A stretch of 64,000 nucleotides of DNA from an uncultured Micavibrio sp. (GTDB taxonomy: Bacteria > Pseudomonadota > Alphaproteobacteria > Micavibrionales > UBA2020), in assembly GCA_964575605.1 (NCBI GenBank), contig CAZNRN010000020.1, positions 306-64,305 on the forward strand, read 5' to 3'. Positions 27,327 to 35,413 of this stretch are shown here, one piece after another. The position numbers were made by a program, and so were the translations under genes. The first letter of the stretch is position 1. Each line of letters starts with the position of its first letter. The notes beneath the pieces were generated by a model. That model ran no database searches. It was not told where the DNA came from and saw nothing but the letters and a program-made list of their open reading frames with translations.

Positions 27327-28417
27327 GCGAGGATCGAGAGGCCGTTACGGCGCAGGGTCCGGCCCTTGTCGCGCAGCTGTTCGGGCGGCAGGCCGTCGGC
27401 GTAAAGGCCTTCGCGCAATTTGAATTCGCCTTCCTTGCCCGCGTTCAATCTATCCTCGACAAATTGCTCCACCGCCTTTTTGAAGGCTTCGTTGGGCAGG
27501 CCGTAGCTTTTGTTCATCGCGAAAACTTCGGGCCGGCTGCCATCCTCGCCGCGCAGATATTTCACCGCCGACCGGAAGGCGCATTTAATCCCCTGCTGCG
27601 CATAGGGCTTGATGACGATGCGGGCCAGCGGGTCGACGATATCGGGGTCTTTTTCCGAGACCAGATAGGCAACCAGCGCGCCCTGCCGCACGTCTTCGGG
27701 CACATAGGGCGTGAAATTCATGCCGCCCGAACCCATGCAGGACGACCAGGCGCGGCCCGTGGCCATGGTGGCGATATCGTCGGGGTTGCGCGAGATAACA
27801 GCCAGCAGCGAGGGCGCTGCACGCGAAGGATCAACGCGGAATTTTTCCTTCAGCCTTTCGTTGTCCTTCAGCAGCTTGCCGATCTTGAATTGCTGCTTGC
27901 CGGCGGCGTCGGTGGCATAGCCGCCCGCGTAATCGACCATGCGGTAGCCCGCGCGGGTGAGCCATTGATCGATTTCTTTTTCCGTTTCGCCCTGCGCGCC
28001 GGCTTTGATGCGCAGGTACAGGCGCTCCTCGCCCGCGAAGGCGTTCTTGACCGCTTCGTCCTCGTGCCGTTTTGCGGCGGCGGCGGCCACGCGGGCCTTT
28101 TGGTAACCGGCCAGCTGCGGCGAAGGATACTGCGTCACATCGGGCATGCCGACATGCAGGGTTTTATCGTAGTCGATGCGGCGGCGCTCGGCCTCGTTCA
28201 CGCCACTGGATGCTACGGCCGCGAGATCGTCGGGTTTCAGTTCGATGCCCTTGTGGCGGGCCGCGACGATCAGGTCTTTCAGCGCGGGCAGCAGGCCGGG
28301 ATTTGTATTGCCTGCGGGGATGGCCTTTTGCGCCTTGGCCGTCAGCTCGGCGTCGAAGGCGGCGCGCAGCTGGCGCACCTCTTGGGGTGACAGGACTTCG
28401 TAGACAGTGTCGTTCAT
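27323..28417 (-). CDS. Hypothetical protein (364 aa)
   Basis: Start set at the ATG at 28417 (MNDTVYEV...) because the predicted promoter (28461-28489) would start transcription downstream of the ORF-track ATG at 28471. No family recognised. The RBS is weak, so the start is uncertain. Confidence 0.5.
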   Translation of the reverse strand: MNDTVYEVLSPQEVRQLRAAFDAELTAKAQKAIPAGNTNPGLLPALKDLIVAARHKGIELKPDDLAAVASSGVNEAERRRIDYDKTLHVGMPDVTQYPSPQLAGYQKARVAAAAAKRHEDEAVKNAFAGEERLYLRIKAGAQGETEKEIDQWLTRAGYRMVDYAGGYATDAAGKQQFKIGKLLKDNERLKEKFRVDPSRAAPSLLAVISRNPDDIATMATGRAWSSCMGSGGMNFTPYVPEDVRQGALVAYLVSEKDPDIVDPLARIVIKPYAQQGIKCAFRSAVKYLRGEDGSRPEVFAMNKSYGLPNEAFKKAVEQFVEDRLNAGKEGEFKLREGLYADGLPPEQLRDKGRTLRRNGLSILA

Positions 28418-28460
28418 ACGCCGAGATGGGCCTGCAGGGCTAAGGGTTAAGCCTGCAGGA

Positions 28461-28489
28461 AGATTAGCCAATTTATATTGTTATGTCAA
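28461..28489 (-). promoter_or_regulatory. Sigma-70-type promoter (TTGACA-N17-TAATCT)
   Basis: Minus strand: TTGACA (28489..28484) and TAATCT (28466..28461), in the same TTGACATAAC context as at 10311-10321. Confidence 0.5.
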
Positions 28490-28503
28490 ATAAAAAGGCG
28501 CAC

Positions 28504-29028
28504 TCAGAGCGCAATCTTTTTCAGGCAGCGGCGCTGGTGGCGCATGCTGGCGCGGCTGTCGTTCGCGGGCGTGCCGGGGACGAGGTCGCCTTTCAGGCGG
28601 TAGTCGACATAGGCCACGCTGCTCTCGTTCGGGTGGCTCTTGTCGTCATAGAAATAGAAATCCACCACACAGCCGTCGCCGCGGTATTGCCAGATGCGGG
28701 CGTCGGCGTCGCGGCGCTCCATCGTCGGCTTGCCGTACATATAGACGATTTCCTGCTGCGTCAGGCGCGTCAGCACCGAGGGGTCGCCCGACACATAGGA
28801 CTGCGCCCGCGCCACATAGCCCGCGGCGGGTGTATAGCCCGCGTCGCGCGCCAGCGCACGGTCGGGAAAGAGGGCCGAGCGCACGTAATCGACACCCGCC
28901 TGCATGGCGTTGAGTTCAGCGCTTTCCGTCTTGCAGGAGCCCACCAGCAACATCATCAGCGGCACCAGCGTCAACCCGATGCGCGTGATGCGCGCCGCGT
29001 TGCGGCGGGTCTCCTGGTAGAGGCCCAT
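28504..29028 (-). CDS. Putative lipoprotein
   Basis: The internal ATG at 29028 gives MGLYQETRRNAARITRIGLTLVPLMMLLVGSC with lipobox LVGS-C. The ORF could also start at 29112, directly after the bactofilin stop. Confidence 0.5.
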   Translation of the reverse strand: MGLYQETRRNAARITRIGLTLVPLMMLLVGSCKTESAELNAMQAGVDYVRSALFPDRALARDAGYTPAAGYVARAQSYVSGDPSVLTRLTQQEIVYMYGKPTMERRDADARIWQYRGDGCVVDFYFYDDKSHPNESSVAYVDYRLKGDLVPGTPANDSRASMRHQRRCLKKIAL

Positions 29029-29112
29029 GAAAGCGCCGTCGACCGCATCGACCAGCAGGCCGGCGGGGTCAAACCCTTTCAACTCCTTGAATTTCAAGGC
29101 TGTTTTAACCAA

Positions 29113-29652
29113 TTAATACCCGATCGCCCGGCGGAATACTTTGGGGCGCTCCTCTGACGTTTCCTCAGACGAAGCGGTCGTCGCTTCGCTGTTATCATTG
29201 GTCTGGACGATGGCAATCGGTTGCGCCACTTCGGCGGCGACAGGCGACAGCACCAGCAGCTGGCCTTCGATGCGGGAGCCAGCTTCGGCTTCCAGCGTGC
29301 CGTATTCGATCTCGCCATAGACGCGGCCGGTCGCTTTCACGATCAGGCGGCCATGGACTTTAATCTTGCCTTCGACGCGGCCCGCCACGATGGCGTCCTG
29401 TACTTCGGCTGAACCTGCGAAATAACCGCTTTCCAGCACGTCGATACGGCGCGCCTGGAAGGCCTGCGCCTGCACCGTGCCCTCGACGACCAGATGGTCG
29501 CAGGAAGCGATGTCGCCGTTGAGAGTGATGTCGCGGCCGACAGTCAGGCGGCGGCCTTCGTCCTGCGGCGAGGCATAGCCGGAAAGGCCCGCGCTCATCA
29601 TGCTCTGATGACCCGGAATGTCACTGCGAATGGTTTTCTTTTCGACTGTCAT
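29113..29652 (-). CDS. Bactofilin (polymer-forming cytoskeletal protein, DUF583)
   Basis: ITLNGDIASCDHLVVEGTVQAQ ... AGSAEVQDAIVAGRVEGKIKVHGRLIVKATGRVYGEIEYGTLEAEAGSRIEGQL is the beta-helical bactofilin repeat. Start at the ATG at 29652 (MTVEKK...). Confidence 0.8.
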   Translation of the reverse strand: MTVEKKTIRSDIPGHQSMMSAGLSGYASPQDEGRRLTVGRDITLNGDIASCDHLVVEGTVQAQAFQARRIDVLESGYFAGSAEVQDAIVAGRVEGKIKVHGRLIVKATGRVYGEIEYGTLEAEAGSRIEGQLLVLSPVAAEVAQPIAIVQTNDNSEATTASSEETSEERPKVFRRAIGY

Positions 29653-29994
29653 GTGTGCCTCGTATTTTAAAGCGGCTATCCTGTTTGCCAACACAAAAAC
29701 GCTTTGATTAAGGATTATGTATTCAGGCTCAGGGAACGCAGATTTATAGCACAACGGCAGTTTGGGAAGAGATATTTATCCACCATTATCCATAATCCAA
29801 TTTAAGGGGTGTGGGATATCAAGGGGGTGGCGGTTTCGCCAAGGGGTTAGGCCACGGGGATTTTAATTACATAATGTCGAGTTTCGGCGCGGGTGTGCGC
29901 GGGGTTTGAACGGGTGATACGAATCGGGTTGGCGGGTGTGGCTTCTGAGTCACGCGCCGACCCCCGCAGCAAGCGGACGGTTCGATAACCCTTC

Positions 29995-30900
29995 TCACGT
30001 TGTGTTGCGGGATAGCCTGCGTTTGTCGGCCTCGATGGCGTAAAGCCCTGTGCCCTTGTGAACAAAAACATCGCCTTCGACAATCTCTCCCGCTTCGTAT
30101 TCGGCCTGCCCCTTCAGCGCCGCGTAGATGGGCGTAAAGTCTTCGCGGGTTTCGTTGAAAAGCTGCTCGAAACTGTCGATGACGAAATAGTTGTCCTGAA
30201 AATCGTCTATCTGATAATGGGTCTGGAGCATCCGCTCGCGGTCGAATCTAATCCGGTGCGGGGAGCAGCTTTCAAGGCTGAACACGGCCTCCTGCGGTGA
30301 CGATAAAATACCGGCGCCGTATATCCGCAGCCCCTGCGGCTCCTGTATCAGGCCGAATTCAACGGTATACCAGTAAAGCCTGGAAATCTTGTCCACCATC
30401 CCGAGCTTGGCCGCCTTCAGCCCGCCCTGCCCGTATTCCTGCATGTAACTCGCGAACACCGGATCCGCGAGCAACGGGATATGCCCGAAAAGGTCGTGGA
30501 ACACATCGGGCTCCTGGATGTAATCCAGCTGCCCGGCCGAGCGGATGAAGTTCCCGATGGGAAACCGCCGGTTGGCGAGGAGTTCGAAAAACGGCTCTTC
30601 GGGGATAAGGCCCGGCACCGGCACCGCCTGCCAACCAGTGCGGCTTTTCAGTATCTGGTTCACCTCGGCAATATCAGGGACCTTATCCTGCCGGATGCCC
30701 AGCGTCGACAATGAATCCATGAACAGGCTGATGGCGCGGCCGGGCAGGACGCCCAGCTGGCGTTTATAAAGGGTACGCCAGATTTCATGTTCCTCCGCGG
30801 TCCAGTCCTTTTGCGCCGTGCAAAAGAAATCGAGGTTACCGGGCGTCCAGCCCTGCGCGGGCGTGAAGTGGTAAGCCGTGTTCAGGCCTTTGTCTTCCAT
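29995..30900 (-). CDS. phhA: Phenylalanine 4-monooxygenase
   Basis: PDVFHDLFGHIPLL (iron His ligands), YWYTVEFGL, GAGILSS. Start at the ATG at 30900 (MEDKGLNT...), since the longer ORF-track version would overlap hmgA. Confidence 0.9.
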   Translation of the reverse strand: MEDKGLNTAYHFTPAQGWTPGNLDFFCTAQKDWTAEEHEIWRTLYKRQLGVLPGRAISLFMDSLSTLGIRQDKVPDIAEVNQILKSRTGWQAVPVPGLIPEEPFFELLANRRFPIGNFIRSAGQLDYIQEPDVFHDLFGHIPLLADPVFASYMQEYGQGGLKAAKLGMVDKISRLYWYTVEFGLIQEPQGLRIYGAGILSSPQEAVFSLESCSPHRIRFDRERMLQTHYQIDDFQDNYFVIDSFEQLFNETREDFTPIYAALKGQAEYEAGEIVEGDVFVHKGTGLYAIEADKRRLSRNTT

Positions 30901-30928
30901 CGGTTTTGCTCCTATGCCGGCAATGCCG

Positions 30929-32071
30929 TCACGCGGCCGCCGCACCTTCTTTAGCCTTCCATGTATTGACGTAGTCTTTCCATTCGACGGACCTTGCATG
31001 ATCGGTAATCGCAAGCGCGTCCCGCGTGTCAATCATCACCGCCACTTCATCAGTCATTTTCCCTGCATTGCCCTCGGCCGCAAGAAACGCTTTCGGATGG
31101 GGGCCATGGGGAAAGCCGCAGGGGTGCAGGGTGCACATGCCCGGCTTGATGTTGTCGCGGCTGAAAAACTTCCCGCGATGATAGAACAAAAACTCGTCGT
31201 AATCGTCGTTGCTGTGGAAAAATGGCAGCTTCAGCGCGTCAGGAGCGCTTTCCATGGGCCGCGGCACGAAGGTGCAGACCACGAAGCCGTCAGCGACGAA
31301 AGTGATATGGGCCGACGGGGGGAGGTGATAGCTATGGCTCATTAGGGGGCGGATATCGCGCCAGTTGAGCCGCACGACGCTAAGGTCGCCTTTCCAGCCG
31401 ACGGCGTCCAGCGGATTGAAGGGATAGGTGATGGTGGTCACGTCGCCCAGTCGCTTCACCAACACTTTCCATCTGTCTTCGTTCTGCTGCGCCTTGAATT
31501 TTTCATCGATACGCGGCACGGCCAGCACCGCGGGATCAAAAATGGCATGGCGGCCCGCAATCCCCTTGTTCGGCAGCATAAAACTGCCGTTCGTGGCCTC
31601 GACAAGCAGGATTTGCGTATGGGCCGAAGGCGCAAGCCGCCACATGGCGCTGCGGGGCACGACCAAATAGTCCCCTTCGGAATATTCGAGATGCCCGAAA
31701 TCGCAGAAGAAATCACCCGAACCCTTGTGAACGAACAACAGCCAGTCGCCGTCGCCGTTTCGCACCAGGTAGTCCATGGGCTTGTCGCAGGACCACATTG
31801 AAATCCGGCATTTTGCGTTTTCCATGACGGGCTTGACGGAAAAAGGCGTGGTTTCTTCCTGCGCCAGCGCGAGCAGGTCAAAAGCGCTGGGCCGAAGCGG
31901 GCCGTCGAAATCGATCCAGCCGGTGGGCGGATGTTTGTGGAACAGGTGCGTCGCAGGGCCGAAAAAGCCTTCGCGCCCCATTTCACGCTCGTAGGTGCCC
32001 TTGGGAAGGTCGCAATGCGCCTGGCGGCTGGCGTTGCCTTCGACGTGCTGGAAGGAAATCCATTCTCTCAT
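30929..32071 (-). CDS. hmgA: Homogentisate 1,2-dioxygenase family protein (short, 380 aa form)
   Basis: Cupin-type blocks FHSNDDYDEFLFYHRG and LHPCGFPHGPHP. It sits between hpd and phhA. Start at the ATG at 32071 with a GAGG RBS, 10 nt after the hpd stop. Confidence 0.72.
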   Translation of the reverse strand: MREWISFQHVEGNASRQAHCDLPKGTYEREMGREGFFGPATHLFHKHPPTGWIDFDGPLRPSAFDLLALAQEETTPFSVKPVMENAKCRISMWSCDKPMDYLVRNGDGDWLLFVHKGSGDFFCDFGHLEYSEGDYLVVPRSAMWRLAPSAHTQILLVEATNGSFMLPNKGIAGRHAIFDPAVLAVPRIDEKFKAQQNEDRWKVLVKRLGDVTTITYPFNPLDAVGWKGDLSVVRLNWRDIRPLMSHSYHLPPSAHITFVADGFVVCTFVPRPMESAPDALKLPFFHSNDDYDEFLFYHRGKFFSRDNIKPGMCTLHPCGFPHGPHPKAFLAAEGNAGKMTDEVAVMIDTRDALAITDHARSVEWKDYVNTWKAKEGAAAA

Positions 32072-32081
32072 TTTTAAAACC

Positions 32082-33146
32082 TCATAAACCCGTGGCCGTG
32101 TCGCGCAGGTAACCACGGCGGATCTGGTCAAGCTCGATCGAGTCGAAAAGGGCCTTGAAATTCCCCTCGCCAAAACCCTCGTTGCCCTTTCGCTGGATAA
32201 GCTCGAAGAAAACGGGGCCGATTTCATCCACCGTGAATATCTGCAGCAGGATGCCCTGCCCCTTGGTCGGCGCTCCGTCCATCAGGATGCGCAGGTCACG
32301 CAACCGCGGGATATCTTCGCCATGTCCGGGCACGCGCGTGTCGAGCGCTTCATAATAGGTGTCCGGGGTATCCTGGAACGCGACGCCCAGCGCCTTCATC
32401 TTCTTCACCGTCGTGACGATGTCGCCGGTTTCGAAGGCAACGTGCTGGATTCCCTCGCCATTAAAGCGCTCCAGGAACTCGTTGATCTGCGATTTCGCAT
32501 CGGTGCCCTCGTTTAGGGGGATGCGTATCCTACCGCAGGGGCTCGTCATGGCGCGGCTGATAAGCCCGGTCAGCTTGCCTTCGATATTGAAATAGCGGAT
32601 TTCGCGGAAACCGAAGACGTCTTCATAAAATTTCCCCCATACAGCCATATTCCCCTTACGCAGGTTATGGGTCAGATGGTCGATATGCGTCAGCCCCACG
32701 CCGAAGGTATCAGGCAAGGGTGAAATAAATTCAAAATCCTGCCCGTAGATATCATCATTATCAACCAGGTAAATCACAGCGCCGTCGACGCTTTCGATAG
32801 CCGGCACCCCAGCGGTGTCGAATGCACCCCCTGCACCAGTGATCGCGCGCGCGCCGCGCTTCAGCGCTTCCTTGTAAGCGAAGCGGGCATCTGCGACGCG
32901 AAAACCCATGGCGCTTGCGCCGCCCTTGTGTTTATCGCGGAAGGCTGCAGCTCGGCCACCCTGCTCTGCGTTCAGGAGCAGGGTGATGTTTCCCTGCCGG
33001 TACAACAAAATGTCGCGGGACTTGTGGTGCGCGACCTTGGTAAACCCGAATTCACTGAAAAGTTTCGCAAGCTGCGTTGCGTCGCCCGTATATTCGATAA
33101 ACTCAAATCCTCGGGTGCCGAGCGGATTGTCGAAGAGATCTGCCAT
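32082..33146 (-). CDS. hpd: 4-hydroxyphenylpyruvate dioxygenase
   Basis: GFEFIEY ... LTHIDHLTHN ... GIQHVAF ... FFELIQRKG ... GFGEGNFKALFDSIE are the canonical HPPD blocks. Confidence 0.93.
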   Translation of the reverse strand: MADLFDNPLGTRGFEFIEYTGDATQLAKLFSEFGFTKVAHHKSRDILLYRQGNITLLLNAEQGGRAAAFRDKHKGGASAMGFRVADARFAYKEALKRGARAITGAGGAFDTAGVPAIESVDGAVIYLVDNDDIYGQDFEFISPLPDTFGVGLTHIDHLTHNLRKGNMAVWGKFYEDVFGFREIRYFNIEGKLTGLISRAMTSPCGRIRIPLNEGTDAKSQINEFLERFNGEGIQHVAFETGDIVTTVKKMKALGVAFQDTPDTYYEALDTRVPGHGEDIPRLRDLRILMDGAPTKGQGILLQIFTVDEIGPVFFELIQRKGNEGFGEGNFKALFDSIELDQIRRGYLRDTATGL

Positions 33147-33303
33147 GGGCTTGAACTCCGGCTATGTTTTTGTGGATATAGCGCAGGATATGCCTGTGGC
33201 CTTCCCCTTCCTTGACTTTTATCAACTCACTCCGGTTAATTTTTCATAGGCGCATAGGCATGCGGCCGGCAGCGCGGCCGGGGGCGCCGGGCTGAAAACC
33301 TGC

Positions 33304-34815
33304 TTACTGCTTATGCGTATGACGCAGCGTCGGGAACGCGATCACATCACGGATGCTGGCGGAATTGGTGAGCAGCATCACAAGGCGGTCGATGCCGATG
33401 CCGAGGCCGCCCGTCGGGGGCATGCCGTATTCCAGCGCTTCGACGAAATCTTCATCCAGCATCTGGGCTTCCTCGTTGCCTTTTTCGCGCGCGTTCATCT
33501 GTTCCTTGAAACGCGCCAGCTGGTCGAAGGGGTCGGTCAATTCGGAGAACGCGTTGGCGACTTCCCAGCCGTTCACATAGCTTTCGAAACGTTCGGTCAG
33601 CGTGTCGTGGTCGCGGTGCACCTTGGCCAGCGGAGAAATGTCCTTGGGCAGGTCGACGATATGGATGGGCTGGATAAGGGTATGTTCGACCTTTTCGGCG
33701 AAGACCTGTTCCACCACCTCGCCCCAGTTGGAGCCGGGATTGATATGGATGCCGAGGCTGGCGGCTTTTTTCGCGGCCTCGCCCGCGTCGGGGATCTTGC
33801 CGAAATCGACGCCGGCTTTTTCCTCCACCAGCTCGACCATCGTCTTGCGCGGCCAGGGGGCCTTGAAGTCGATCTCGTTCTCGCCGAATTTCACTTTGGT
33901 CTGGCCGTCATGCGTCACCTTGCAGGCACCCTCGATGATGCGTTCGGTCAGCGCCATCATATCGCCGTAATCGGCATAGGCCTGATAGATTTCGACCGAG
34001 GTGAATTCGGGGTTGTGCTTGATCGAGATGCCTTCGTTGCGGAAGCAGCGGTTGATCTCGAACACGCGGTCGAAACCGCCGACGATCAGGCGTTTCAGGT
34101 ACAACTCGGGCGCGATGCGCAGGAAAAGGCGCATGTCGAGCGCGTTGTGGTGCGTGACGAAGGGTTTCGCCGAGGCGCCGCCCGCGATCGGGTGCAGCAT
34201 GGGGGTTTCGACCTCCATGAAATTCTCGCCCTGCAGCATGGCGCGGATAAAGGCGATGATCTGGCTGCGGCGGCGGAAGGTCTCGCGGCTGTGCTCGTCC
34301 ATGATGAGGTCGAGGTAGCGCTTGCGGTATTTAATCTCGGTATCTTGAATCCCGTGGTGCTTTTCGGGCAGCGGGCGCACCGATTTGCCCAGCATCTCGA
34401 GGCGCTCGGCGTTGATGGTGAGTTCGCCGGGGGGCGTGCGGCGCACGATGCCGGTCACGCCGATGATATCGCCGATATCGTAATGCTTCAGCTGTTCCAG
34501 CACCTCGGGCGGGAGGCTCTGCTTGTGGCTGAAAATCTGGATCTTGCCCGATGAATCATGCAGGTCGATGAACATGCCCGAATTGCGGTAGGCCATGATG
34601 CGGCCCGCGACCGAAACCTTGTCGGGCGTCACTTCGCCGTTCGCCAGCGCCGCGTATTTGCGCTGCAGGTCGGCCGCGTAGGCGGTCACGTCGAAGCGGT
34701 AAGGGAAAGGGTTGATGCCCCGCATCTGCAGCTGTTTCAGGTTTTCGATCTTCGCGTCGGTGAGCGCGTTTGCATCGGCCACCTGTTGCGGCGCTTCTGA
34801 GCTGTGTTTGGTCAT
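33304..34815 (-). CDS. lysS: Lysine--tRNA ligase (class II)
   Basis: [17 protein letters not shown] and [14 protein letters not shown] are class II motifs 1-3; 503 aa. Confidence 0.95.
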   Translation of the reverse strand: MTKHSSEAPQQVADANALTDAKIENLKQLQMRGINPFPYRFDVTAYAADLQRKYAALANGEVTPDKVSVAGRIMAYRNSGMFIDLHDSSGKIQIFSHKQSLPPEVLEQLKHYDIGDIIGVTGIVRRTPPGELTINAERLEMLGKSVRPLPEKHHGIQDTEIKYRKRYLDLIMDEHSRETFRRRSQIIAFIRAMLQGENFMEVETPMLHPIAGGASAKPFVTHHNALDMRLFLRIAPELYLKRLIVGGFDRVFEINRCFRNEGISIKHNPEFTSVEIYQAYADYGDMMALTERIIEGACKVTHDGQTKVKFGENEIDFKAPWPRKTMVELVEEKAGVDFGKIPDAGEAAKKAASLGIHINPGSNWGEVVEQVFAEKVEHTLIQPIHIVDLPKDISPLAKVHRDHDTLTERFESYVNGWEVANAFSELTDPFDQLARFKEQMNAREKGNEEAQMLDEDFVEALEYGMPPTGGLGIGIDRLVMLLTNSASIRDVIAFPTLRHTHKQ

Positions 34816-34830
34816 CGTGCGGTTTCCTTC

Positions 34831-35262
34831 TTATTTCTCGAGCACCATATCATAATGCGGAATGCCCGCATCAATGTATTCCGAGCCGCGCGTGCGGAAG
34901 CCCAGCTTCTCGTAGAACGGCACGGCATAGCTCTGGGCGCTTAATTTGAACAGTTGTACATCGCCGCTGCGGCCGAGCTCGTTCAGCACATAGCGCATCA
35001 GGATGCGGCCGACGCCGATCTTGCGGAAGTCTTTCAGCACGGCCATGCGCTCGATCTTGGCGGCGGAGCCGAGGAAGCGCACGCGGCAGGTGGCGATGAT
35101 GCGGTCGTCCTTCTTGACGGCGAAGTGGCGCGCGGCGGGATCCATGCCGTCGACCTCGAGGTCGGCGGGCACGTTCTGCTCGCCCACGAAAACCTCTTTG
35201 CGGATGGCGAGGCATTCCTGCATCTCGTCGTCGGTCGTGATGGGGGAGCATTTAAGTTGCAT
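34831..35262 (-). CDS. GNAT-family N-acetyltransferase
   Basis: 143 aa. AAKIERMAVLKDFRKIGVGRILM ... FYEKLGF is the GNAT core. Confidence 0.8.
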   Translation of the reverse strand: MQLKCSPITTDDEMQECLAIRKEVFVGEQNVPADLEVDGMDPAARHFAVKKDDRIIATCRVRFLGSAAKIERMAVLKDFRKIGVGRILMRYVLNELGRSGDVQLFKLSAQSYAVPFYEKLGFRTRGSEYIDAGIPHYDMVLEK

Positions 35263-35413
35263 TTATTCAGGTACCTTTATGCGCGTGACGGATGATTTTT
35301 GCCTGAATTCAAGCGCTTGCGCAAGGGATGATATGTGAACTGCGGCAGATTTGTTGTGGCCGAATTTCCAAAAATAGGATAAAACAAAACGTGAACTGAA
35401 TCGAAGTGAATAA

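Noticed and set aside
29820-29995. GGTTCGATAACC-like motif and GC-rich segment downstream of phhA, considered as a tmRNA or tRNA piece. Also the 78-aa ORF 29847..30083.
   Set aside because: No cloverleaf or tmRNA-like pairing could be built by eye. The ORF has non-coding composition and overlaps the phhA 3' end. It is left as unexplained non-coding DNA.
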